This document shows, piece after piece, positions 27,128 to 39,269 of a stretch of DNA of 64,000 nt. Positions within the stretch are counted from its first letter, which is position 1. Each line of letters opens with the position of its first letter. The notes under the pieces are model-generated. The model saw nothing but the letters and a program-made list of their open reading frames with translations. It searched no databases and had not been told where the DNA came from. The translations under genes were made by a program, and so were the position numbers. This stretch comes from Trichoplax adhaerens. Its lineage: Eukaryota > Animalia > Placozoa. The stretch covers positions 6,034,008 to 6,098,007 of the forward strand of contig NW_002060943.1 of NCBI RefSeq assembly GCF_000150275.1. The letters are read 5' to 3'.

Positions 27128-28204
27128 ATGTCCAACTTCAGCTTATATTCTCCCTTTATGAATAGTGATTCTTCGCGAATCATAGCTCTGACTGTTGTTC
27201 TAATTGGTTTACCCATAAATCTCTTTCTAATTGGATATATAATTATATCGGAATGTTTTACATGTAAGCTTCCTACGATTGGAAGAGACCGCTGCGAACA
27301 TATGAGAAAACCTTCACTATGGCTACTTTTCAATTTATTAGTTTGCGATCTTATTGGTGTTACTTATATTACAATAATAGTTATTTCTGATGCTTTTTAC
27401 ACTCAATATTATCAACATAAGTATCAGCATTTGGCTAATGTAAGTTATTCTTTAATAAAAAATGAATGGTTTAAGACTACGGCTTGCAGCTTCGCACAAT
27501 TTCTTTCAAAGATTTTTCTGTACATGTCATCTACATTGACGCTTCTTATTGCGGTCGATCGTTATATATTAATTGTTTATCCATATAGCAGAAAAAAGCT
27601 AACCATTAAAAAGAGTAAAATTCTGACTAGTATCATTTGGATTGCTGGTATTATTATAGCGGCCGGTATAGTTGTATTTGATAATATTGGAAAGAGGAAA
27701 CTATCCCCTTATACTTTTGAACACTCTTCAAACTTATGTCTTGGCTTGTTTCTTATGGGGCAGATTTATTTTATTCTCGGATTATTGGAAATGTTTTATG
27801 TTCTTATAGCTTATACAACTGCTTTCATATTGTATATACATATGATAGTTACGTTAAGAAAATCTACAACAATTTCTAGGTCACAATTCCGATCTGTATT
27901 TGATAAAAGACTTCAGATTACATTGACTTTTATCGCACTAACAAATGTGTTCAGTTTCTATATTATTACTGGAGTTGGTATTTATGATAATATTAATAAG
28001 ATAATTATTCTAAGTAAAATAAGAAAAGCGATTGGCATGCTTCCATTTTCCAATACTGCTATCGATCCATTGCTTTACTTAATATTTCGATTTCGTGATT
28101 TTAGGACGCTTCTACGCAAATTTTTTTTCTTAAATCGTAAAAATACGATTGCTATAGATGTAGCTAGCTATAATCAAAATAAGACAGAAAAAACTACTAA
28201 TTAG
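27128..28204 (+). CDS. Intronless class A GPCR, LGR/GRL101-like 7TM (copy B, 358 aa)
   Basis: ~91% aa identical to copy A by manual count; DRY, DPLLY; TATA-like tatttataataaaa ~27011. Confidence 0.93.
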   Translation: MSNFSLYSPFMNSDSSRIIALTVVLIGLPINLFLIGYIIISECFTCKLPTIGRDRCEHMRKPSLWLLFNLLVCDLIGVTYITIIVISDAFYTQYYQHKYQHLANVSYSLIKNEWFKTTACSFAQFLSKIFLYMSSTLTLLIAVDRYILIVYPYSRKKLTIKKSKILTSIIWIAGIIIAAGIVVFDNIGKRKLSPYTFEHSSNLCLGLFLMGQIYFILGLLEMFYVLIAYTTAFILYIHMIVTLRKSTTISRSQFRSVFDKRLQITLTFIALTNVFSFYIITGVGIYDNINKIIILSKIRKAIGMLPFSNTAIDPLLYLIFRFRDFRTLLRKFFFLNRKNTIAIDVASYNQNKTEKTTN

Positions 28205-28920
28205 TTCGCGTTGGAAATAAGTAAAAAATGTGTAGGATACCCGTAGTTAAATAGTAATTACTGTTTGAGTATCAATTCTTTATTTGCATTTAGCTAACGC
28301 TTTCTTTTCTTATAGACATTAAGTAAATCGTATATCTTTTACCAATAGTAACGAATGATCTTCCTCAAAGTCAGTAATTTCTACTAAGTAAAGTTTAGCA
28401 CTGCACAAGATATCATGCCGGATCTTAATTTTTAAAACAGAAATACTGGTAAATACAGATCTAATAATCCTAAATATATTGATACTTCCAGTTTAACCAA
28501 AGCTGAAAACGCAGACTATAGTATTCGAAATTGTAAAAAAAGGTTTATTTTACCCTTTAAAATTTAATATGATAATAGATGAACATATTTACTGAGTGTC
28601 TTCAATTATTTTATTTCTGTGCGTGCTGTTAATGGCTGTCAGAAACAGCTTTTCTGATCGGATCCAAGGTAGTCTATCTACTCTATTTAACCTAAGTCTA
28701 ACTTCGGGAGAATCTCTATAAGAAAACTATTCCAATACTTGAAAGTTGAGTCATACGATACGAATTTAGGTTAATCGATTTTATTACTTCTAGCTATTAT
28801 ACACTAGTACCAGTGTACTCTAAGTTAGTCTTAATAGCTATAGCTAAATGCTTAGGCTGACTTCGCAATATACCTATCATGATAGTAAATTATTATGATT
28901 TCTATTAATAAATTACCTTA

Positions 28921-29381
28921 TCATATGGCTGTAGTGATTTCACTTAATTACTATAGTTTTGTGTAGGCAATACAGTGATAGTATGTAGTGTAGAACTGTA
29001 TATCTTAATAAAGTACGGGCTATATAAGGCCGTAGCTGATAGCCATATTATGTAATGTTATTAAGCAATGTACTAATGTGATTGATGACTCCTATGTAGA
29101 GGAGCAATTCATGATAATTTGTATAAGTTGTATAGAATTGTTATCGTGGAGGCTAAGTCGATTATCCGGTTTATCTTAGCCACTTTCGACTGTTATTATG
29201 AGAGGAAGAAATTGGATTTCTTCTCCGACGGACGTTCATAAACTTAACTGTTATAAGTCAATTATACGGTGTTGATTATTTTGTGCCAAATTAGGGATTT
29301 CCCGATTTTAACAACTCAGAATTTTGAGTTGACGTATTATGAACCTAGGGCTAATAACCCGTACACTGCAATGCCATTTGA
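28921..29381. mobile_element. Possible MITE-like insertion in the right palindrome arm
   Basis: ~450 bp with no counterpart in the left arm; ends tcatatggctgtagtg / cactgcaatgccatttga form an imperfect inverted repeat. Confidence 0.35.
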
Positions 29382-30501
29382 TGTATGCTTATCCGTTGAT
29401 TATATTTTGACCCCTGTAATAACAGTAACTTTAGCAGATGATGGTTGTAGATACCTTAGCAATTCTTAATTTAGCAATAGGCACAATGAATCAAAGTATT
29501 AATTGCGTATTAATTGCGAACTAGTTTAACCGGAGTGTATTCGCCTTGTTGGTGTTGGAACTGGAAGTTAACTTCTGAATTTAAATGGAATATTCTAGTA
29601 CTGTATCAAAACCTTGCGTATGTTTGTAATAGCGTATTAAGAAGTTAATCAGATAATAGCGATAAAATTAACTATTTATCGAATTATAACAAATCAGTGA
29701 ATAATTTATCACTTTATGAATATGCTTATTCTATAGTTCCATAATAGCTGCCTGATAATTACTTAAGAATTAAATAAGTAAACTTCCTAACTTTTTAACG
29801 TAATAAACTGTATATTTATATATGTCAAGTGCTCGATATTGACTAAAAATTCAGTACAGAAGTTATCTAAATCGAATAAAATAACTTTAAATATGATAAC
29901 TTGCTTCGTAACTTATTCTAGAAAAATTTTACATTTTACTCTAAGCTTTCACACAGATATTGATTTAGTAACTGTTTTCACAACTCTTATTACAGAACTG
30001 TATTAATATGTAATAATTTATTTCATCGATTACTTGACTTTATTTATCCTCTTTAATTATCCTTGGTGTAGCGTTACTGTATATAATGCTGACTTGAAAT
30101 CACATTTGAGCCCTATCTAAATGTATATGATTACAATGGGTATTTGCAGCTATAGAAAAAATCAGATTTCAATACGTATATCATAACTTACGAAACAGTT
30201 TGGTATCTTCCGTAAAAGTAGAAATAAATTTGATATATAAATTATAATGCATAATCGAAGTAATGATTATGATGATGGTTTTAGATAATGGTAGCCGATT
30301 TTGGCTTAATTCATTATAGTGTATTAAAATCTTAGAAATTTATTAAATATCATTTAATAACATCAATATTTATATAATGCATAAGGTAGACGAAATGATG
30401 TTAAATAGCAGCAGTTATAAAAGTAAAATCTTAGTTAGGATATGTAATACTAAGCATTGCTATAGGCTCATCTGATAGCTCCTCGTAAAATTCGATATGA
30501 A

Positions 30502-30551
30502 NNNNNNNNNNNNNNNNNNNNNNNNNNNNNNNNNNNNNNNNNNNNNNNNNN
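30502..30551. other. Assembly gap (50 N)
   Basis: Run of n. Confidence 1.
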
Positions 30552-31005
30552 TTGTGCAATCAGAAAATTTAGGATAGAGAGTAAGAAGATTTATTTTAAA
30601 GAACAAGTTGAAATTTAAAGACCTTCTAGGCCAAATTGTAAGTGAAATCGCTCTTTTTCTTGCAAGGTTATTTAGTTGTTTTCAGTTTTATTTCTGTCTT
30701 TTTGATTTCTTCACTTACGATACTTCAGAATTAAGTACAAATTAAGTATTATAAAGGACGTTTCATCGATCGCTCTCGCAAGTTCTAATAAATTGTTATT
30801 TGGTTATTTCTCTGATTTAATGTGTTGTCAAAGATTTGCTAAGTCAGCTAGAGCGAAGCGAAAGTAGAATCAAAGTTTGTTGAATTTTAGCAGCTTAATC
30901 TCTATATCTTCTATCTCGTATGCATGTTGCAAGGATGATTATTTCAAGATCGCCATTCTTCAAACCTTAGACTATTATGCTTTAGTAATTAACATTTAAT
31001 AACAG

Positions 31006-32085
31006 CTATTTTTGAATCTCCATAAGGCCAACTTGGTCAGTTTGTCTTGTTTTAGTTTGACTAGCAGGTTCAATGACTGTATTATAAATACGCCCACAGT
31101 ATAACTGTTTCTTAATGTCATTACGCCGAAAGATTAGGTATAATATAGGATCGATTGCAGAATTAACAAACACAAACAGGTTAACTATGTTTTGAAATGT
31201 ACTGCGCTCAGCGTTAGGACTGGTAGCGATGGTAGAAATCGTAATAAAAAAGAAGGCGAATGCATTGGTACATGCAATAAGTGTAAACATAATCTGAAAG
31301 CGTCTCTCGCATGTAGATGATGCTTGTGATCCAAAAGTTAATCTCGATATTCTTAACTTCCGTATTATTAGTAGGTATAATATAAGACTGACTACATAAG
31401 CTAAAAGATAGTAGCCTAATTCAAAATATGACAAGATTCTATGGAAAATTAAGGAATCAAAATCGCCAAGACATAAATTTAAATCGAATCGAAATGTATA
31501 AGACGAAATACGGCTTATACTATTAAAGTGAGATACAGCCATTCCACTTACAAAACTAAAATCTACAATCCATATAACTGCAGTAATAATTTGACTTACT
31601 TTCATAGTAAATTTCCATTTACTATGTGGTCGAACAATTAGTAGAAAGCGATCTATAGCCATAACTAACGTCAATGTACCAGCTATAGAGATAGTAACTT
31701 TAGCAAAAAAATGAGCTGTAACACATGCAGAACTTTTGAACCAAACATTCTTTACTAGTGAAGAACTAGTATTAAAGTGGTAAATGTTCTTGTAGTAATA
31801 GATATAATAGCTATCAGATATAGCTAATATAAACATATAAATAGAAGCAAATAAGTCGCAAATAAATAGATTAAAGAGTAACCATAAAGAAGGACTCTTT
31901 AGAATGGTAGGATTTTGATCATGAAAATTTCGTCTTTTTTTAGAATAATTTGCCGACCAAGATTCCCAAATCATAAAACCGATAAGAAGGACATTTAAAG
32001 GTAGACCAATTAATGCGATAACCCACGCGAATACACGTACAGCTTCGTTATTAAGGAAGACAGAATATTCGCTTGAATTATTCAT
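31006..32085 (-). CDS. Intronless class A GPCR, LGR/GRL101-like 7TM (copy C, 359 aa)
   Basis: MNNSS sequon, VRVFAWVIALIGLPLN, SLWLLFNLFICD, WFKSSAC, DRF, NLC, NSAIDPILY. Confidence 0.93.
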   Translation of the reverse strand: MNNSSEYSVFLNNEAVRVFAWVIALIGLPLNVLLIGFMIWESWSANYSKKRRNFHDQNPTILKSPSLWLLFNLFICDLFASIYMFILAISDSYYIYYYKNIYHFNTSSSLVKNVWFKSSACVTAHFFAKVTISIAGTLTLVMAIDRFLLIVRPHSKWKFTMKVSQIITAVIWIVDFSFVSGMAVSHFNSISRISSYTFRFDLNLCLGDFDSLIFHRILSYFELGYYLLAYVVSLILYLLIIRKLRISRLTFGSQASSTCERRFQIMFTLIACTNAFAFFFITISTIATSPNAERSTFQNIVNLFVFVNSAIDPILYLIFRRNDIKKQLYCGRIYNTVIEPASQTKTRQTDQVGLMEIQK

Positions 32086-35000
32086 TATAATAAAGCGATA
32101 AGTTTCTTGAAGAGCTGAACGTTAGCAATTAAATTTAATCAGTGTTAAGATATTCTAAATTACTTAGAGAGCTGACCGGTAACTATCTATTTCTGCAGCG
32201 TATAAGTGTTTTGATGCTATCTGATTAAAATCGTGGAAGATACTATCAGTATTGGGTCTTTTCATGAATGATAAGTCAATCTTGCAGCAATGTATATATA
32301 AAGTTTTTTAACTCTTTTACATTTTGCCAAGATTAAGTCTTGATATTTACTACTAGGATTGTTCAAATATTTTTTAATTGAATTCTATTCAATAACAATG
32401 CGCATAACATAGATAATATAGACGCGATAAAGGTCAATTTCCTCACTTATTTTAAACAGTCAAAAATATAAAGACTAAATTGAATTCCTATTATAATATA
32501 ATGCCAAATAATAACAGTACTTTAGCTTCAATTTCCAAGAACAATGCTCAAGTAACCATAATAAAACTACCTGATCATAATCGATCAAAGCGATTTACAA
32601 TAAATCCTGGAGTCATATTCTGGCAACGAAAGTTAATGCGATCAAACAATGCATAATAAGCATCACTAAATATAAATAGCTCGCTCGAGTTAAGTACAGT
32701 AGTAAGTTTACATTATTATCTCGTCATTAAAGATTGATCAAAATAACATAATAGCTAATATCCTAGACAAAGTCAAAATAATAAATTTCCTTATTAGAGA
32801 GAATTTGGGGTTCCAATAGTAAAATCCGGCGGGCTTTAATTAATTATGTAATTTAAAGTGTATTTATTCAAATTGTAATTAAATACCTTTTTACCACGAT
32901 TGACATAAGCTAAATCCGTTTTTCTGTTAAGTTAAGTGAATACCAAAGACGCTAGCCATTACGTTATTTCTATAGAACTGGGTCTATGTTATAAATAGAA
33001 AACAGCGAAAATAAATATAACAATAATTATTTATTATCTTATGATTTCAGGAATAGGAGTTACGCAGATTGAAAAAAATACATTTATTAGAAATAAAATC
33101 ATGTTGTTTACATCATCGATATACAGTAGATATTGTCAAGTATTCTGTTTACTTCTTATAAGAATATAATCATTCATAAAATTAGTGATAACATCGAAAC
33201 AGTAATAGTTAATTAGCTGCATGGTAACGGCGCATTTTATTTATAAACTAAATTCGAGATGTTTATCAATTTCCGTACTGATAGATATAGATTTACTATC
33301 CCTACTTTACTTTCATTAAGATCGTATTGGGTTTTACAAATTTTACAACAATTAATCCGTTTATAGTAATACTGAATTAACAACTGATTGTCGTACTAAG
33401 AATTACTAAGTTTAGCTCCAATATCTATTATACTGTATGACAAGTACATAATGGGTCGAATTTAAATTTTTTTTTCGATAATTATAATAATTATACTAGG
33501 AAATATTAATCTACTTTACCACAATTTTCTAGAAAGAATTCAAGCAATGTCACGGTACGAATCACGGTGAAGAGTAAATGACTAAATTTAATGATTAACA
33601 TTTATATATGTAGATAACTAAGAATGACTTACAGTAAGAACTACGATAGCTATTATTTTGTTACAGTAAGTTATGCTGTACTGTAGTAAGACTTCTTATA
33701 CGCTAACTAATGTTAATTGATTATAATATATGTCTTGTAACGCTTGTGATGAATATCCTGAAGATATTCAATTATAGATGATACTATAAATAATTCTGTG
33801 TATGGATATACTGTAATCTAATTATCTAGAATCGTTCAGTACATATCTAAGATTATAAATAATTTCAGTATTGATTTAGCTATCCAATATAAACTAAATT
33901 TCATGAACTGTTTTAGACTCATACATGATAAGATAGAGAAGACCAGGTCTTCTCTATCTATGATAGCAGCTGTCGAAGGGTATTTAAGCTCGGCAGATAG
34001 TTGAATAAAAGAAGAGCTCGATAGTTGTTTAACGTATAAGCAAAGGCGTCTAAATTCTTGTGACATATTCAAGGATACTGAATCCCGGGACTATAGTAAT
34101 TTAGAGATTTATTTTACGTTATCTTTGTCAAGAAGCTGGTTTATGACAAGCAAATTATTAGAAAAATTCTAATGAAATGCTCTCGTCATAAACTGATTAA
34201 CTGTTTCTTAAAGTTTCTACAGTGAATATCTACTAATCACTGTTAATGGCTTACAAATTTAGTCAGTTATCTATGTATAAGATTACTACTAGTAAATAAT
34301 ACACTACGGACAACAAAGTAAGCTTCTCCTAAGAATTTTAGAAATTATGTCCTATTAAGACTGTAAAATACAATAGTTTAAATAGAGTGTCTTTCGAAAT
34401 TTATGGCTGTATTCGATAATACATCTTTTCATAGGAATATTAGTGTAAGCTAACATTCGAATTCACAATCTAAAGTCGTTATATTGTCGTCTATTGACGC
34501 TAATTTTAAAATATTTGATACCGCAGTACAAATTATAGATAACCGCAAGTAATTTACGATAATATTGGTTATACCGCAATTTCTGCATTGAGATATTATA
34601 GTTCTTCCAAAAATGAAACTTTTACATAAATAGTATTTATTTTATAATCGTTTAAGCTGATCTCAAGAACATCTGAATTTCGGGCGTCCACCGAAAAATT
34701 GTTTATTACATGTTGCTATAATGGATCGTGTTAAGATACATAATTCGATATAATGCAGTAGATATTTAATTAGTTTCATGATACTTTGTAAGGGAATCGT
34801 AAAGTAAATCGTTCCTGAAGTTTATCTAATTTTTGCTTTCTTAAATGGTGCAAAGTAGTTTTCTTGAGTTAATTTTAAAAATAATTGATTGGTATTGTTT
34901 AGTTTTAAACATCACTGCGAGCTCTACTAAGCCTGTAAATAGTTGTACAATCGGAAAATTTAGGGTAGAAGTAAAAAGATTCATTTTAAAGAACAAGTTG

Positions 35001-35487
35001 AAATTCAAAGACCTTCCAGGTTAAATTGTTGTAGGTGAAATGCTTCTTTATCTTGTAAGGTTATTTAGTTGCTTGTAGTTTTCTTCCTTTCTTGTTTATT
35101 TCTTCACTTGCGATACTTTAGAATTAAGTATTTTTAAGATTGTTTTGTCTATTGCTCTTACAAGCTTTAATAAATTGTTCTTCGGTTGTTTCTCCGATTT
35201 AACGTGTTCTCAAAGCTTTGCTCAGTCAACTAGAGAGCGTAGCAAAAGTAGAGTCGGAGTTTGTTAAATTTTAGTAGCTTGATTTCTACATCTTTTATTT
35301 CGTTACGTATGCATGTTACAAGAATAATTATTTCTAAATAGCCATGTTTCTAATCTAAGGCTATTATGCTTTAGGGATTATCAATAGTTGGCATCCTAGA
35401 TGAATTTCAGTATTAATCAGAGACAATGATGAGTTAGAAAAGCATCGTCTTGCATGAAGAGAGAAATCATGCGTAATTTAATAAAAA

Positions 35488-36567
35488 CTAGTTTTGAATC
35501 TCCATAAGGCCAACTTGGTCAATTTGGCTTGTTTTACTTTGACTAGCAGGTTCAATGACAGCATCATTAGTATACCAACAGCACAGCTGTTTCTTAATGT
35601 CATTACGCCGAAAGATTAGGTATAATATAGGATCGATTGCAGAATTAACAAACGGAAAAAGGTTAACTATGTTTTGAAAGATACTGCGCTCAGCGTTAGG
35701 ATCGCTGACAATGGAAGTAATTGTAATAAAAAAGAAGGCGAATGCATTGGTACATGCAATAAGTGTAAACATAATCTGAAAGCGTCTCTCGCATGTAGAT
35801 GATGCTTGTGATCCAAAAGTTAATCTCGATATTCTTAACTTCCGTATTATTAGTAGGTATAATATAAGACTGACTACATAAATTAAAAGATAGTAGCCTA
35901 ATTCCAAAAATGACAAGAATCTATGAACAATTGTCGATCCAAAATCGCCAAGACATAAATTTAAGTTGAAATCAAATGTGTAAGATGAAATACGGCTTAT
36001 ACTATTAAAGTGATATACAGCCATTCCACTTATACAACTAAAATCTACAATCCATATAACTGCAGTAATAATTTGACTTACTTTCATAGTAAATTTCCAT
36101 TTACTATGTGGTCGAACAATTAGTAGAAAGCGATCTATAGCCATAACTAACGTCAATGTACCAGCTATAGAGATAGTAACTTTAGCAAAAAAATGAGCTG
36201 TAACACATGCAGAACTTTTGAACCAAACATTCTTTACTAGTGAAGAACTAGTATTAAAGTGGTAAATGTTCTTGTAGTAATAGATATAATAGCTATCAGA
36301 TATAGCTAATATAAACATATAAATAGAAGCAAATAAGTCGCAAATAAATAGATTAAAGAGTAACCATAAAGAAGGACTCTTTAGAATAGTAGGATTTTGG
36401 GTATGAAAATTTCGTCTTTTTTTAGAATAATTTGCCGACCAAGATTCCCAAATCATAAGACCGATAAGAAAGATATTTAAAGGTAGACCAATTAATGCGA
36501 TAACCCACGCGAATACACGTACAGCTTCGTTATTAAGGAAGACAGAATATTCGCTTGAATTATTCAT
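35488..36567 (-). CDS. Intronless class A GPCR, LGR/GRL101-like 7TM (copy D, 359 aa)
   Basis: ~90% identical to copy C; same motifs. Confidence 0.93.
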   Translation of the reverse strand: MNNSSEYSVFLNNEAVRVFAWVIALIGLPLNIFLIGLMIWESWSANYSKKRRNFHTQNPTILKSPSLWLLFNLFICDLFASIYMFILAISDSYYIYYYKNIYHFNTSSSLVKNVWFKSSACVTAHFFAKVTISIAGTLTLVMAIDRFLLIVRPHSKWKFTMKVSQIITAVIWIVDFSCISGMAVYHFNSISRISSYTFDFNLNLCLGDFGSTIVHRFLSFLELGYYLLIYVVSLILYLLIIRKLRISRLTFGSQASSTCERRFQIMFTLIACTNAFAFFFITITSIVSDPNAERSIFQNIVNLFPFVNSAIDPILYLIFRRNDIKKQLCCWYTNDAVIEPASQSKTSQIDQVGLMEIQN

Positions 36568-39269
36568 TATAATAAAGCGATAAGTTTCTTGAAGAGCTGA
36601 ACGTTAGTAATTAAATTTAATCAGTGTTAAGATATTCTAAATTACTTAGAGAGCTGACCGGTAACTATCTACTTCTGCAGCATACAAATATTTTGATATT
36701 ATCCGATTGAAATCGTGGAAGATACTATCAGTATTGGGTCTTTTCATGAATGATAAGTCAATTTTGCAGCAATGCATATATAAAGTTTTTTAACTCCTTT
36801 ACATTTTGCCAAGACTAAGTCTTGATATTTACTACTAAAATTGTTCAAATATTTTTTGATTGAATTCTATTGAAAAATAATGCATACATGATAAAAGTCA
36901 ATAAACTTTCACTTATTGTCAGCAGTCAAAAATATTAAGACTAAATTGAATTCCTATTATAATATAATGTCAAATAATAACAGTACTTTAGGTTCAATTT
37001 CTAACAAGGCTCAAGTAACCACAATGAAATCACCATATTATGATCAATCGAAGAGATTTACAATAAATCCTGGAGTCGTATTCTGGTAACGAAAGTTAAT
37101 GCCATCGAGCAATGCATAATAACGACCACTAAATATAAAATGGATGGCATTAGTTTGGTACAGTAGAAAGTTTACATTATTATCTCGTCATTGAAGATTG
37201 ATTAACAAAACATAAAAATAGCTGATATCCTAGACAAAGTCAAATATTAAATTTCGCTATTAGAGAGAATTTTGGGTTCTGATAGTAAAATCGGACAAGC
37301 TTTAGTCAATCAAGTAATTTATAGTATACCTATTCAAACCGTAATTAAAAATCTTTTTACCGCCAATAACATAGGGTAAATCCGTTTACTGTTAAGTTAA
37401 GTGAATACCAAAGCCGCTAGCCATTACTTTATTTCAATAAATTTGGGTCCATGTTATGAATAGAAAATAGCGAAAATAAAAATAACAATAATTATTTATT
37501 ATCTAACGATTTCAGAAATAGGAGTTACGCAGATTGAAAATTAGTTATTCAAAATTAGATCACGTTACTCATATCATCGATATACAGTAGATATTATTGA
37601 ATACTGCGTTTACGGTACTTCCTAAAAGAATGTAATCATTCATATAACTAATAACAACATCGAAACAGTAATATTTAATTAGCTGCATGGCAACTGCATA
37701 TTTTATTCATAAACTAAATTCAAGATGCTATCAATTTCCGTATTGATAGATATAAATTTAGATCGCCTACGTTAAATTCAATCAAGATCTTATTGGGTCT
37801 TACAAATTTTGTAGCAATTAATCAGTTTATAGTATTGCTGAATTAACAACTTATTGACGTACTAAGAATTACTAAATTCCGACAAGCATTATTATACTGA
37901 ACGATAAGTAAAGAACGAGTCGAATTTAAATTCTTGTTGGAAGTAATTCTACTATGCAATATTAATCTATTTTAAGAGTATTATAGTAGCTGTATAATAG
38001 TATATTCTCTTATTGTTCGCGATATTATTAATGAAACTTACACATTAAATGACCTCTACTCCAATTTTCTCGTAAGTATGTAATTGGATTATCAGAAATA
38101 GTCAAATAAGTTACGTATAAACCTACTATCATTACATAACCTAATTTTACGTACTCACCAGTCATAAAAATAGTAATACTATGTATAATACTGTAAGTCT
38201 GGATTACAATCGCAATACTAATAAGTAAAATTTTATCCTAAAGAATACGATAGAATGCCTGCCTCTGTGATATCTAGAAATAAATTCTTTGATGAATCAT
38301 ATATTAATGCGAAGCACATGAAAAGCAAGATTATTTTCGTACTCGAAAGTAACCGTCAGAAGGACTGAACGTCTTCGCGCTAAGTGTTTTTTATTCGTTG
38401 AGCTAGTGATTTTCACCTCTATTAATGGCAGTATAAACTATTACCCAGCTGAATACGCTACTTCTCATGAAATTCATTTATATTGATATATGAGAGTATC
38501 TTCATCGTGAATTTAGTACTTTTTATAGATAGAAGATAGACAAAAACGTCCAAAAAGGAAGACAGTTTTCTTTCATAATTACCTGATCTGGTTGTATCAT
38601 CACGCTAGCCTGTATAATTAACTACTTTTAATTAAGCTCGCTGTGATCATATAACTAGTGAAGATAACATGTTCATATACATCAATGCTCATTAAACTTG
38701 AAAGACAGAAATAAAGACATAACGCTTGCTCTATGACAAAATTAGATAAATTTTACTTTTTTAAATATAGAATATCAATAGAAACTTCGTACCAGATTTA
38801 GGAGGACGAAAAAGCAACTATTGGTGATAAATTAGCTATAGCGGAATTTGTAATTAAATTAAGATGCAGATAATATGAAATGATTAGTTATATTATATCT
38901 CACCTATCTTATACTTTATACTGTAAGGTTCGATACTGAAAAACGATCAGAAATGTATTATAGTTAGCTACTTCGTTTACAGATATTCATTATTATTAAA
39001 TCTAAGGATTTAGTCCATAAAGTAATTGCAATCAATAATTTCGTTTACTCATTTTTTGTGATTCTAGCGCTATTAAACATTATAACTATATATTAATAAA
39101 CGTCTTCTTGAGTCTTCTTTCCAAGCAGCCAAATTAAAATCTGGTTAACATAATCATTATAGGCTATAAGTTGTAATTCCAAAGACCAAAATAGATTATG
39201 ATTTTGAATACCTTTTTCGGTTCGATAGAAACAAATCAATATCTCTTCCAACAACAATGAAAAAGTTAT

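Larger units (their letters stand above)
22950..30501. repeat. Large inverted duplication (quasi-palindrome): arms ~22950-26365 and ~26548-30501
   Basis: Reverse-complement matches at 22960-23010/30440-30495, 23100-23155/30303-30355, 24030-24090/29415-29480, the two GPCR CDS, and 26320-26365/26548-26592. Confidence 0.9.
30552..37935. repeat. Direct tandem duplication: ~30552-33470 and ~34943-37935 (CDS offset 4482 bp)
   Basis: ttgtgcaatcagaaaatttagg (30552) matches ttgtacaatcggaaaatttagg (34943); gtcgaatttaaatt at ~33455 and ~37919; colinear in between. Confidence 0.93.

Noticed and set aside
25527-27333. ORFs 25527-25805(+) and 27070-27333(-), near-identical MKSSHSEG...
   Set aside because: Antisense shadows of GPCR copies A/B; their similarity is explained by the duplication.
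30600-30960. Purine-rich ORF-like relics on the minus strand (also 34950-35350 and 22200-22800)
   Set aside because: Multiple stops and no identifiable family.
33836-34072. ORF faintly resembling a death-effector fold (EFRRLCLYVKQLS...)
   Set aside because: Resemblance too weak without an HMM search; no supporting exon structure.
24656-36567. Paralog pairs as uncollapsed haplotypes next to N-gaps
   Set aside because: Flanks are far more diverged than expected for alleles and carry large indels; long-read confirmation is still advisable.
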